From Patescibacteria group bacterium (lineage in GTDB: Bacteria > Patescibacteriota > Minisyncoccia > Phycocordibacterales > Phycocordibacteraceae), in assembly GCA_040390125.1 (NCBI GenBank), contig JAZJYZ010000001.1:243026-307025 (forward strand): a stretch of 64,000 bases of DNA, written 5' to 3'. Positions 63,797 through 64,000 of this stretch are shown piece after piece. Under the pieces are notes generated by a model. That model ran no database searches. It worked only from the letters and a program-made list of their open reading frames with translations, and was not told the DNA's origin. The translations under genes were made by a program, and so were the position numbers. Numbering within the stretch: the first letter of the stretch is position 1; every line of letters starts with the position of its first letter.

Positions 63797-64000
63797 ATGA
63801 CTCCACTCTATATCGTTCTTGCGGTAGTTGCGGTTATTATTATTTGGCTCGTTGTTGCGTACAACGGCTTTGTTGCACTAAGGAATCGTGCAAAAGAAGC
63901 ATGGTCTGACATCGAAGTACAGATGAAGCGTCGTTACGACCTTATTCCAAACCTGATTGAAACAGTGAAGGGCTACGCAGCACACGAAAAACAAGCATTT
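63797..64000 (+). CDS. lemA: LemA family protein (runs off window)
   Basis: TM helix, YN..V..RN...[30 protein letters not shown]. Confidence 0.95.
   Translation, partial: MTPLYIVLAVVAVIIIWLVVAYNGFVALRNRAKEAWSDIEVQMKRRYDLIPNLIETVKGYAAHEKQAF

Noticed and set aside
1-64000. Alternative genetic code (UGA=Gly)
   Set aside because: Conserved genes end at TGA at expected lengths and are not fragmented

Overview
This looks like a chromosomal segment of a Patescibacteria (CPR, Parcubacteria-like) bacterium using standard code 11. The lineage is inferred from gene content, membrane-anchored hypothetical proteins, leaderless-type starts and repeat style. The window runs from a partial recG through secreted proteins, tRNA-Ser(GCT) and a type II glutamine synthetase. 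It then holds a type IV pilus/competence locus (comF, pilM-N-O-P-like, pilB, receiver protein, pilT, pilC, major pilin, pilD, four minor pilins), a GIY-YIG nuclease and a Pif1-like helicase. A purine biosynthesis cluster follows (PurS-fused purL, purQ, purE, purM, purC, and a distant PurO-like gene), interrupted by a methyltransferase and a GT20/PIG-L pair. The rest contains typA, a thioredoxin/DsbB pair, a DEAD-box helicase, an oxidative-stress/repair block, rnj, secG, groES-groEL and partial lemA. The most unusual signal is non-coding. Paired, mutually complementary arrays of 7-nt repeats sit at most junctions of the pilus locus, are embedded in frame in the cleavable leaders of the minor prepilins, and in one place bracket two orphan ORFs. 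Several families of small structured elements also occur: one is inserted both in a tRNA 5' fragment and in frame in dsbB, and another is a 115-nt repeat with compensatory base changes. No transposase, integrase, CRISPR array or rRNA was seen.
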